This document shows, piece after piece, positions 6,664-14,115 of a stretch of DNA of 36,695 nt; the stretch's first letter is position 1; each line of letters starts with the position of its first letter. A program made the position numbers and the translations under genes. This stretch comes from a virus. Location of the stretch: the IMG/VR virus record IMGVR_UViG_3300009177_000023, positions 1 to 36,695 of that record. The stretch is one strand, 5' to 3'. The notes beneath the pieces were generated by a model. That model did no database searches and had not been told where the DNA came from. It saw only the letters and a list, made by a program, of their open reading frames with translations.

Positions 6664-7343
6664 CCCCCGCGGAACTGGCGACAGTCATCGAGAGCCACCG
6701 CAAGTGGCGATTCGGTGAAGAGGGCGGATCCCGCGCCGACCTGAGCGGCGCCAACCTGAGCGGCGCCGACCTGAGCGACGCCTACCTGAGCGACGCCAAC
6801 CTGAGCGACGCCAACCTGAGCGGCGCCGACCTGAGCGGCGCCAACCTGAGCGGCGCCGACCTGAGCGACGCCTACCTGAGCGACGCCAACCTGAGCGGCG
6901 CCAACCTGAGCGGCGCCGACCTGAGCGGCGCCGACCTGAGCGGCGCCAACCTGAGCGGCGCCGACCTGAGCGACGCCAACCTGAGCGGCGCCAACCTGAG
7001 CGCGATCCGTGAGGACCTTGTCCAGGTGCTCAACGCCGCGCCGGCCGAGGTTCCGGGGCTGTTGGCGGCCCTGCGCGCTGGCAAGGTCGAAGGGTCCACG
7101 TACGAGGGCGCCTGCGCCTGTCTCGTCGGGACCCTCGCCAACGTCCGCGGGTGCTTTTACCGCGAGCTGGGCGCCTTGCGTCCCGACCCGGACCGCCCCG
7201 CCGAACGGTGGTTTCTCGCCATCACCGAGGGCGCCAAGCCCGAGAACAACCAGGTCGCGAAAATCACCGAGGGTTGGATTGTCGAGTGGCTGGCCAACGG
7301 CCCCGCTGCCGTCCAGGCGCCGACCGCCGAGGTGTCCGCGTGA
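6660..7343 (+). CDS. Pentapeptide-repeat protein (possible DNA mimic) with a Cys-containing C-terminal domain
   Basis: 18 consecutive A(D/N/Y)LS(G/D/A) pentapeptides, followed by ...[24 protein letters not shown]... Confidence 0.85.
   Translation: MTPAELATVIESHRKWRFGEEGGSRADLSGANLSGADLSDAYLSDANLSDANLSGADLSGANLSGADLSDAYLSDANLSGANLSGADLSGADLSGANLSGADLSDANLSGANLSAIREDLVQVLNAAPAEVPGLLAALRAGKVEGSTYEGACACLVGTLANVRGCFYRELGALRPDPDRPAERWFLAITEGAKPENNQVAKITEGWIVEWLANGPAAVQAPTAEVSA
6735..7004 (+). repeat. 18 tandem 15-bp units GCC-(G/A/T)AC-CTG-AGC-G(G/A/C)(C/G), near-identical at the nucleotide level
   Basis: Read directly. Only the first base of codon 2 and the last two bases of codon 5 vary. All synonymous positions (GCC, CTG, AGC) are invariant. 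Confidence 0.9.
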
Positions 7344-8479
7344 TCCGCTGGCTCGGCACCAAGAAGGTCAAGCTCGCGACCATCGTCCTGCCGGGCGGGT
7401 TCGCGAAGCGGAAGAAGGAGCAGCACGTCCGCGACCTGGCGGCGTCCATCGAGCGCGGTGGGGTGATCAGTCTGCCCGTGGTGCAGGACAAGCCCCGCAA
7501 GCTGGTGGCAGGCGGCGACCGACTCGCGGCGCTGATGCTGAACAAGGTCATGTCGCACGAGGTGCGAATCGTCCGCGGCACGGCCCAGGAGCTTGAGGAG
7601 CTGATGCTGGAGGAGAACCTCCTGCGCCGGCGCAGCGACGACTATGCCGCGATGACCAAGCGACTGGTGGAGCTGCGCACGGGGGACATCGAGGCGGCCG
7701 ACCGAGCGGAGGTTGTCGCCGAGGAGGCGGCCGGTCGCGCCATCATTGAGCGCTTCCTGGAGGAAGCCGTCGACGACGGATTACTGGTCGCCGCGACCGC
7801 AAATGACGAGCCCGCCCCGGTGGGCCGCCCCAAGACGGCGAAGGGCAAGGCCCGCGAGCAAATCGCGAAGGAGACGGGCAAGACCCCCGAGGCCATCCGC
7901 CAGGCCGAGAAGCGGGCGGTGGCGAAGGAGCGAAAGGCCGCGGAGCAAGAGCAGAACCCGTTCACCGACGCCGGGGAGCCGCTCGCGCCACCGGTCGAAA
8001 CGTACGGACTGCCCCTATTGACCGCCGAGGACGCCTACCAAGTCGTCATGGCCCAGGCTGCCCTTGAGAAGGTGGAGGGGTTCCTGAACAAGGCCCTGGC
8101 CTCCGTCGCGAACCACGCCGGGGCCGACTCGCTGGCGGCGCGCATCTGCAACGACGTTATGGCCGCGCTGGGCAAGCTCGCCGTCGACGTGCGCGCCGCC
8201 TACCCACGGGCCGTCTGCGCGGCCTGCAAGCTCATCCCGGCGCGCCGGGCGAAGTGCAAGGCCTGCGCGTCGACGGGCTTCGTGGGCGTGACGGAGTGGC
8301 TCAACGCTCCCGACGAGCTGCGCCTGGGCGGTGACCAGGCGAAGGTCTCCGACGGCAAGGGAGGCTTCATCCCCTACGCCCGTGAGGTCGCGAAGGAAGA
8401 GAAGGCGGCCGAGCGGAAGACGGAACGCAAGCTGCGCGTCGAGCTGGACGACGGCACCGTGTTCGAAGGGGGCGCGTAG
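7340..8479 (+). CDS. ParB N-terminal-domain-like protein with a C-terminal CxxC...CxxC cluster
   Basis: GTGA overlap at 7340. [15 protein letters not shown]...[22 protein letters not shown]...[11 protein letters not shown] resembles the ParB/Srx fold. The C-terminus carries [17 protein letters not shown]. Confidence 0.6.
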   Translation: MIRWLGTKKVKLATIVLPGGFAKRKKEQHVRDLAASIERGGVISLPVVQDKPRKLVAGGDRLAALMLNKVMSHEVRIVRGTAQELEELMLEENLLRRRSDDYAAMTKRLVELRTGDIEAADRAEVVAEEAAGRAIIERFLEEAVDDGLLVAATANDEPAPVGRPKTAKGKAREQIAKETGKTPEAIRQAEKRAVAKERKAAEQEQNPFTDAGEPLAPPVETYGLPLLTAEDAYQVVMAQAALEKVEGFLNKALASVANHAGADSLAARICNDVMAALGKLAVDVRAAYPRAVCAACKLIPARRAKCKACASTGFVGVTEWLNAPDELRLGGDQAKVSDGKGGFIPYAREVAKEEKAAERKTERKLRVELDDGTVFEGGA

Positions 8480-8481
8480 CC

Positions 8482-8772
8482 ATGAAAGACGAGGTGACGA
8501 AGGGCTACGTGTGCACGGGCGTGTTCGCGACGCCCGAGGAGATCGAACGCATCATGACCGAGCGAGCCTTGCCGATGGCCCGCGTTTTCGGGCGTTGGCC
8601 TGAACCCGAGAAGGTCACGCATCGGGCCGCGCTTTCCCACGGGCTACCGGAAATCGTCGGCTTCTACGGCATCGACTTCCGCGACGGCGAGTTCATCCGC
8701 GTCCGCGACGGGGACATGGACAAGGGCGAACCGTCGTCCGAGTGGCCCACGCCTTCCCCGGGAGCCGCGTAG
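8482..8772 (+). CDS. Hypothetical protein (96 aa)
   Basis: The ATG lies 2 nt after the upstream stop; high GC3. Confidence 0.5.
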   Translation: MKDEVTKGYVCTGVFATPEEIERIMTERALPMARVFGRWPEPEKVTHRAALSHGLPEIVGFYGIDFRDGEFIRVRDGDMDKGEPSSEWPTPSPGAA

Positions 8773-8774
8773 CC

Positions 8775-8966
8775 ATGGCCTCCTCGAAGGAACGACCGCC
8801 GCAACTGACGGCCCGCAAGTCAATCGACAGGTTCAAGGCCGCGAAGCTGGTGGCCAACATCCTGGCGCCGTTCTCGCCTTCGATCCGCGCCGTCATCGTC
8901 ACCATGGCGACGGCGGGGGACACCGACCGACAGGTGGAGCTGCCCGTCGTCAAGGGGAACGCGTGA
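8775..8966 (+). CDS. Hypothetical protein (63 aa)
   Basis: ATG 8775 lies 2 nt after the upstream TAG. In frame within track ORF 8742..8966. Confidence 0.4.
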   Translation: MASSKERPPQLTARKSIDRFKAAKLVANILAPFSPSIRAVIVTMATAGDTDRQVELPVVKGNA

Positions 8967-9409
8967 AAATCTACGTAGCGTCCTCCTGGCGCAACCTCCT
9001 GCAGCCCGCGATCGTGCACGCGCTTCGCCGGTGTGGGCACGAGGTCTACGATTTCAGGAACCCGAAGCCTGGAGACACCGGCTTCCGCTGGCAGGACGTC
9101 GGAGGCCCAGCGACGTATCAGCACGGCGACAAGGTGAGCGCCGTACGGTGGCGGACGATGCTGGCGCACCCTCGCGCGGCCGAGGGCTACGAGTCGGACA
9201 TCTCACACGTCCGGGACTGCGACGCCGCCGTCTACGTTCTGCCGTGCGGGCGCTCGTCGTCGTTTGAGTTCGGCTACGCCATGGGCCAGGGGAAGAAGGG
9301 GTACGTGGTCGCCTTCGACGACGTCGAGCCCGACCTGATGTTCCGCGAGGCGACGATCATCGGCTCGATGGGCGAGCTGTTCGACGCCTTCGGAGAGCCG
9401 ACCGAATGA
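8963..9409 (+). CDS. Nucleoside 2-deoxyribosyltransferase-like protein
   Basis: Has MKIYVASSW... at the N-terminus and ...GRSSSFEFGYAMGQGKKGYVV (a conserved Glu in a Rossmann-like context), as in PF05014-type phage proteins. Confidence 0.55.
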   Translation: MKIYVASSWRNLLQPAIVHALRRCGHEVYDFRNPKPGDTGFRWQDVGGPATYQHGDKVSAVRWRTMLAHPRAAEGYESDISHVRDCDAAVYVLPCGRSSSFEFGYAMGQGKKGYVVAFDDVEPDLMFREATIIGSMGELFDAFGEPTE

Positions 9410-9831
9410 ACCGCTCCCCACTCAAGCGGACGACGCCGCTCGGCCGCAAAGGCTGGATGCGCAGAAAGCGCCCTCGCCGCTTGAGTGGGCCGCACGCCGA
9501 CCCCGCCCGCATGGGGTTCGTTGCGGAACTGCCGTGCGTGGGCGTCCGCGCGTTCAACGGCATCGAGCGCCGGCGCGGCGGATACGTCCTGAACACGCAC
9601 CGCTGCGAAGGGCGTATCGAGGTCTGCCACGAAGGCCGCACCGGCAAGGGGATGGGCACCCGCTGTCCGGACAGCGAGACGATCCCAATGTGCACAGCCC
9701 TTCACCGTCACTGGACCGACCACAGCGGCTGGTTCGCCGGCTGGACGAAAGAGCAACGCCGCGATTGGGCCGACGCGCGGATAGCTGAGACCACGGCCCT
9801 CTACCTGTCACACGGGAGCCGAAGAGGATGA
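9406..9831 (+). CDS. HNH/Ref(DUF968)-like nuclease candidate
   Basis: Basic N-terminus (SPLKRTTPLGRKGWMRRKRPRR), then CEGRIEVCHEG...GKGMGTRCPDSETIPMCTALHRHWTDH (His/Cys metal-finger pattern). Confidence 0.45.
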   Translation: MNRSPLKRTTPLGRKGWMRRKRPRRLSGPHADPARMGFVAELPCVGVRAFNGIERRRGGYVLNTHRCEGRIEVCHEGRTGKGMGTRCPDSETIPMCTALHRHWTDHSGWFAGWTKEQRRDWADARIAETTALYLSHGSRRG

Positions 9832-10046
9832 GCACACCAACGGACGGCGGAGTTCACCTTGCCCGCCGCATCGGCTGGAGCGGCACATCCCACAACGCCT
9901 GGTGCGGCCACCTGTTCACCGGTCGCGACAAGAAAATCATCACGCTTTCCCAGTTCCGCAGATACCCCGACGCCTGTCCCGACTGTGAGGCCCGGTATCT
10001 CGCTGCCCCTCGCCACCACGTAACCGTCGACGGACGCCCCAAGTAG
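9828..10046 (+). CDS. Small Cys/His-containing hypothetical protein (72 aa)
   Basis: ATGA overlap; contains WCGH...CPDCE. Confidence 0.45.
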   Translation: MSTPTDGGVHLARRIGWSGTSHNAWCGHLFTGRDKKIITLSQFRRYPDACPDCEARYLAAPRHHVTVDGRPK

Positions 10047-10055
10047 GAGGCCACG

Positions 10056-10226
10056 ATGACCAGAAACGAAGAACGCTTGCGACGCCGAGAGCGAAAGACC
10101 GGGGTACCCCGCGGCGCCGTTCAAGAGACCTGGTACCAGCGAGAGGAGCGCGACCGACAGCGCGACCTGTGGATTCTCGTCATCGCCCTGACCGTCTCCG
10201 CGCTCGCCCTGGCGGTGCTCAAGTGA
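10056..10226 (+). CDS. Small tail-anchored membrane protein (56 aa; below the ORF-track cutoff)
   Basis: Strong Shine-Dalgarno (TAGGAGG, then 5 nt, then ATG). Arg/Glu-rich N-terminus followed by the hydrophobic WILVIALTVSALALAVL. Confidence 0.5.
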   Translation: MTRNEERLRRRERKTGVPRGAVQETWYQREERDRQRDLWILVIALTVSALALAVLK

Positions 10227-10522
10227 ACCAGCGAACGTTCGACGCCGTCGACAACGCACAGGCCAAAGCCCCCGGTGACCTCGACTACCTAGACGTGGCG
10301 CTGATTGAGCTGGATGACGAGCGGCTCCGCTTGGAGGCCCTGTTCCAGCAAACGCACGGTGCGCACTCTAGCTGGGTGGCGGAGGCGGAAAAGCTCCGGA
10401 AGGAACGCGACCTCCTCCGTGGGGTCATCGCCGAAATTCGCGGATGGGCGACCAGTCGCATGACGACCGACAACCCGGGGCCGGCGGAATGGTTACTGGA
10501 AATCACCGCGGTGCTCAAGTGA
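10223..10522 (+). CDS. Hypothetical helical protein (99 aa)
   Basis: GTGA overlap at 10223. In frame within track ORF 10169..10522. Confidence 0.45.
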   Translation: MNQRTFDAVDNAQAKAPGDLDYLDVALIELDDERLRLEALFQQTHGAHSSWVAEAEKLRKERDLLRGVIAEIRGWATSRMTTDNPGPAEWLLEITAVLK

Positions 10523-10965
10523 CCGTCGAGGACTTGCAGCTACTCGGCCCCCGCCAGCGCCAGGTGATGGAGCTGCGCCTGGCCGGCCTCGGGCAGCGTG
10601 AAATCGCCGGCAAGCTCGGCCTCACCGCCAACAACGTGGCTCACCTGGAATACCTCGTGCGCCAGCGCCTGAGCTCGCGTGACGTCCCCCGCCGGCCCTA
10701 CGGCTGGCAAAGCCTCTGCCGCCGTGGCCACCAGAAGACACCGGGGCAGAAGTGCGTCACATGCTGCGCGGCTGCCAACGAGAGCCGACGACAGAAGGGG
10801 TTCGCACGTGCGGCAGCCAGGGAGGCCGCAGAGGCCGCCGCTGAGTCCCCCGAGGCCGCCCGGACCCGCATCGCCTGGGAAGTGTCCACCGGCAAGCGCT
10901 GTGGTCACCAGCTGTTCCGCGGCCCCTGCTGCCTGCTGCGCCCCTGCGCGGACCACGGCCGATGA
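10519..10965 (+). CDS. Sigma-70 region-4 / LuxR(GerE)-type HTH regulator with Cys-rich C-terminus
   Basis: GTGA overlap at 10519. LGPRQRQVMELRLAGLGQREIAGKLGLTANNVAHLEYLVRQRL fits the pattern. The C-terminus contains CRRGH...CVTCC...CGH...CC...C. Confidence 0.6.
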   Translation: MTVEDLQLLGPRQRQVMELRLAGLGQREIAGKLGLTANNVAHLEYLVRQRLSSRDVPRRPYGWQSLCRRGHQKTPGQKCVTCCAAANESRRQKGFARAAAREAAEAAAESPEAARTRIAWEVSTGKRCGHQLFRGPCCLLRPCADHGR

Positions 10966-11171
10966 TGTGCGCCGCCAGACGCCAGTGGAAGCCGTTGGCC
11001 GAGGTCCACCAGGAGCACCGCCTGCCGGTCGGGCCGGTTGACCGCCCACGATGGAGCATCCCCGACAAGGGTGGGCGCCAGACGTGCCTGGCGTGCCGTG
11101 GACAGGGCGAGATGGGCGGCAAGGACTGCGGGAACTGCGATGGCGACGGGTATCGATGGGAGGCGACGTAG
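10962..11171 (+). CDS. Small DnaJ-type zinc-finger protein (CxxCxGxG x2)
   Basis: Contains CLACRGQGEMGGKDCGNCDGDGY; ATGA overlap. Confidence 0.55.
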   Translation: MMCAARRQWKPLAEVHQEHRLPVGPVDRPRWSIPDKGGRQTCLACRGQGEMGGKDCGNCDGDGYRWEAT

Positions 11172-11173
11172 CC

Positions 11174-12061
11174 GTGAACTGCCCACGGTGCGGAGAGGAG
11201 ACGGCTGTGTCGAAGTCCATGCGCTTCGATGACACCGTAATTCGACAGCGAAAGTGCGTCTGTGGCTTCACTGGGCGGTCGGATGAGAACTGGGCACAGT
11301 CTATTAGTGGCCAGGAACGCCATCGCCCTGGCCAGCAGCCGCCACCAATGGCCAGGAAACAACCCCTCGTGGCCGCCAATGGCCGCGGGGGGGTAGGGGG
11401 GGTTCTGTCCGGGGTTCGATCTGGGTCTGATCCGGGTCTCAATCCGGACCCCTCTCAGCAATCCGGATCAGGAGCGCACGCGATCCCACAGGCGCCCTTC
11501 GTGCCGCCCCTCCCCCCGGTCCGAATCGATACCTTCGCAGCGGCGAACTCGGCGCACTTCGAGCGGGTCTACGCCGCCTACCCGCGCAAGGACGCCAAGA
11601 GGCGCGCAGGGGAAGCGTTCTGGCTTCTGGCGGCCACGTTCCCCGGCGGCGAGCCTGCGCTTGCCGACGCAATCCTGGAGGCCCTCCCCGCAATGCTGAA
11701 GCGCCACCCGTACAACGGGCCGAACGCGACGCGGCCGTTCCTCGACAAGATCCTCGCCGAGCGCCGGTGGGAGGACCCCGAGAGCGCCCCCGACGCGCCG
11801 ACGAGGGCGGACACCCGATGCAACCTCCACCGCCAGGCCGGCACCTTTCGCCAGCTCCCTCGGGGTGGACCGGTCACCGGCTGCCCGACCTGCAAAGAAA
11901 ACTCAGCTGCCCGAGGGACCCGCGAAGGCGAACCGACAGCCCTCGCGCCACCCCCGTTCAAACCGCCACCCGAATGGACCCCCGAGCAACGGGCCGAAGC
12001 CGAGGCCTTGCGCAAGGAAGCCACCCCAACCGCTCGCGCAGCAGCCGGAGGTGCGACATGA
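11174..12061 (+). CDS. Zn-ribbon protein with a YPRK-motif domain (possible replication or regulatory protein)
   Basis: GTG 11174. N-terminal CPRCG...RQRKCVCG ribbon, a Gly/Ser/Pro-rich linker, then FERVYAAYPRKDAKRRAGEAFW...FLDKILAERRWED, a pattern seen in phage early or replication modules. A further CPTC follows. Confidence 0.45.
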   Translation: MNCPRCGEETAVSKSMRFDDTVIRQRKCVCGFTGRSDENWAQSISGQERHRPGQQPPPMARKQPLVAANGRGGVGGVLSGVRSGSDPGLNPDPSQQSGSGAHAIPQAPFVPPLPPVRIDTFAAANSAHFERVYAAYPRKDAKRRAGEAFWLLAATFPGGEPALADAILEALPAMLKRHPYNGPNATRPFLDKILAERRWEDPESAPDAPTRADTRCNLHRQAGTFRQLPRGGPVTGCPTCKENSAARGTREGEPTALAPPPFKPPPEWTPEQRAEAEALRKEATPTARAAAGGAT

Positions 12062-12285
12062 AGCCCCACCCGAGCGACCCAGCAGCTACGCACGTGGTGC
12101 AATACGAGCCCGCCGAGCTGCCCGGAATCGCCACCATGCATTGCGGGGCGACGGTGGCGATCCAAAGCGATGGGTCGACGGTGCCTGCGGGGTTCGATTT
12201 CTACCTACCCGAGGACCGCGCAAAGGCGACCTGTCTCGCCTGTCCGGTGCTGGCGGGCCTGCGGACGGAGACAGCCGCCAAATGA
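12058..12285 (+). CDS. Hypothetical protein (75 aa)
   Basis: ATGA overlap. In frame within track ORF 11767..12285. Contains CLACP. Confidence 0.45.
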   Translation: MKPHPSDPAATHVVQYEPAELPGIATMHCGATVAIQSDGSTVPAGFDFYLPEDRAKATCLACPVLAGLRTETAAK

Positions 12286-12599
12286 ACCCGCCCCCCGGTC
12301 CCATCGTCGCCATCTACGAGCTAACCCGCGAGTGGACTACCTACCGCTGGCTTTGCGAACCCTGCCTCGCTGCCACCAAGGCCGAGGGCTGGACGGCAAA
12401 GTACCGCGCTGCCGTTGCCCAGGCCTGCGACCGCTGCCCGGCTGTCCCCTCACCCCACCAGAAGCCCGACGGCTCAGTCGCCTACATCCCAACGTCCCGC
12501 ACCTCCCGCCTCCCGACCCGCGCGGAGTGCCCACCGCCCCGCGTGCTCCCGCCGTGGCCCAAGCCCAAGGCGCGCCCCCCGCAGCGAAAGGCAGCATGA
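12282..12599 (+). CDS. Hypothetical Cys- and Pro-rich protein (105 aa)
   Basis: ATGA overlap. Contains CEPC...CDRCP followed by a Pro/Arg-rich tail. Confidence 0.45.
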   Translation: MNPPPGPIVAIYELTREWTTYRWLCEPCLAATKAEGWTAKYRAAVAQACDRCPAVPSPHQKPDGSVAYIPTSRTSRLPTRAECPPPRVLPPWPKPKARPPQRKAA

Positions 12600-12850
12600 G
12601 AGCCGACCAGATCCGAGCGTCCGCCCTGTGGCCATCCGAGGACTGCTCGTCCGAGATGTGCGACGAGGTCTCCGATAAGTGGTGTCCCATCGAGGACGCG
12701 TACCTGTTGCTCAACGAGGCGACAGGCGGACGCGCGACCTTGGTGTACAACCGGCCGGACGCCAACGTGAAGTGGCTCCACACGGTTCCGGTCGAGAAAG
12801 CCCACAAAGCATTCGCCGACGCGCTAATTAACGGTCGCACCGACCGCTAA
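12596..12850 (+). CDS. Hypothetical protein (84 aa)
   Basis: ATGA overlap. The last codons (ALINGRTDR) are encoded by conserved motif copy A. Confidence 0.45.
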   Translation: MRADQIRASALWPSEDCSSEMCDEVSDKWCPIEDAYLLLNEATGGRATLVYNRPDANVKWLHTVPVEKAHKAFADALINGRTDR

Positions 12851-12888
12851 CTGTGATGAGTTGCCAGGCCCGCAACCCGGCGTACAGT
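12826..12888 (+). promoter_or_regulatory. Composite element A: AATTAACGGTCGCACCGACC, 37 nt, then TACAGTCGCC; -35-like TTGCCA at 12861-12866 with a 16-nt spacer
   Basis: Same architecture and spacing as the elements at 19131 and 33124. The -10-like box ends 8 nt before ATG 12897. Confidence 0.65.
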
Positions 12889-12896
12889 CGCCGCAA

Positions 12897-13493
12897 ATGG
12901 GACAACTGCGCAACGGAGACGGCGTCACAATCAACGAAATCACGGTTTCGCATCGAGCGCTGGCCAACAGCCCGCACGATGCGTGTGTGTTCGACCCGCG
13001 GGAGGGTATCCGTGGCGTGAACATTGGGGGCAAGCTCTGGGCTGCCAGCGAGGACACGGTGATTCGCACCGTCAACGTGTCGTTCGATGGGGTGTCGGTC
13101 GAATGCAACACCGAGTTCCTGATGATGTTGAGCGACTTGGAGTTCCGAAAGGAATTCGTCGAGAAGTGCAAGGCGGAACGCGCCGCCGCCGAGGCCGCCG
13201 AGACGGTGCCCCACGTCTGGGAGGCCAGGCCCGAGAAGGACTTCGCCAACCCGGGCTCGCGCAGCTGGCAGTGCTTCAAGTGCCAGGGCTGGGTGTCGGT
13301 GCAGCTGGCCACGGAAGGCGCGGCGGAGCTGGTGGCCGAGATGGACGCCGGCAAGGGGCCGCTCGGGTGCCGTGGCATCCCGCCGCAGCCGGAGGCGCCG
13401 CCGTCCGAGGCCGAGGACCGCGTCACCAGCAACGTCGCCGTGGACGTGAAGAACGCCGCCAAGAAGGCGAAGCGAAAGGGCAAGGCGTCTTGA
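12897..13493 (+). CDS. Hypothetical protein, first gene of the packaging module (small-terminase role possible but unsupported)
   Basis: ATG 12897 (MGQLRNGDG...) lies in frame within track ORF 12861..13493. Contains CFKCQG and a Lys-rich C-terminus. Confidence 0.5.
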   Translation: MGQLRNGDGVTINEITVSHRALANSPHDACVFDPREGIRGVNIGGKLWAASEDTVIRTVNVSFDGVSVECNTEFLMMLSDLEFRKEFVEKCKAERAAAEAAETVPHVWEARPEKDFANPGSRSWQCFKCQGWVSVQLATEGAAELVAEMDAGKGPLGCRGIPPQPEAPPSEAEDRVTSNVAVDVKNAAKKAKRKGKAS

Positions 13494-13702
13494 GGCAGAC
13501 CGCCACCCTGTCCAACGGCATTGGGTACGTGATTTACCTGGGGGCCGATCCCGTCTTGTACGAGGACGGCAACCAGGTCGACGCGTTCGACCTCTGCACA
13601 GTGCCTGCGCGCGAGGCCGGTGCGTTCCTGCGGAGGCTGGCCAACGAGCGGGCCCAGCGCCGTGTTGCCGGGGCCGTGCTGACCTGGGAGACGCACCCGT
13701 AG
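13490..13702 (+). CDS. Hypothetical protein (70 aa); TTG start uncertain
   Basis: TTGA overlap at 13490. The coding-like tail of track ORF 12983..13702. Confidence 0.35.
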   Translation: MRQTATLSNGIGYVIYLGADPVLYEDGNQVDAFDLCTVPAREAGAFLRRLANERAQRRVAGAVLTWETHP

Positions 13703-14115
13703 TGATCCGTCCGATGGCAGAGGACGAGCGGACCTTCGTGCGCGAGACGTGCGCCAAGGTCCGTTGGCCTCACGAGTACAGCGCCCAGCGCGGACGACAG
13801 TGGCCTTCCGTGCCCTGGTCGCAGTGGCTCGCCGACCACGGGGCCGCGATTGACCAGTGGCTCACCCGCGGTGAGTGCCTGGTGTACGCGGAGCGCGGCG
13901 TCGTCCTGGCCTTCCTGGTGAGCACGGGGCACACGCTCCGCTGCCTGTACGTCAAGCGGGAGTTCCGCGGCAACAGGTTCGGCCTGGCGCTGCTGAACGC
14001 GCGGTGGCCTGGGCTCGTCGAAGTGTCGGTGTACCGGCCCACGCCGAGCTTCCTGCGGTGGGCGTCGCTGCACGGCCTGGCCTGGCGACACGAGGAAGAC
14101 AGGCGGGCCGCGTGA
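13702..14115 (+). CDS. GNAT-family N-acetyltransferase-like protein
   Basis: LRCLYVKREFRGNRFGLALL matches the GNAT motif A (acetyl-CoA pocket) pattern. GTG start as in the ORF track. Confidence 0.5.
   Translation: MIRPMAEDERTFVRETCAKVRWPHEYSAQRGRQWPSVPWSQWLADHGAAIDQWLTRGECLVYAERGVVLAFLVSTGHTLRCLYVKREFRGNRFGLALLNARWPGLVEVSVYRPTPSFLRWASLHGLAWRHEEDRRAA

Noticed and set aside
6735-7004. Regular 15-bp periodic array that could be mistaken for a CRISPR or other non-coding satellite
   Set aside because: There are no unique spacers. The array is in frame inside a long ORF and encodes canonical A(D/N)LSx pentapeptides, so it is a coding tandem repeat.
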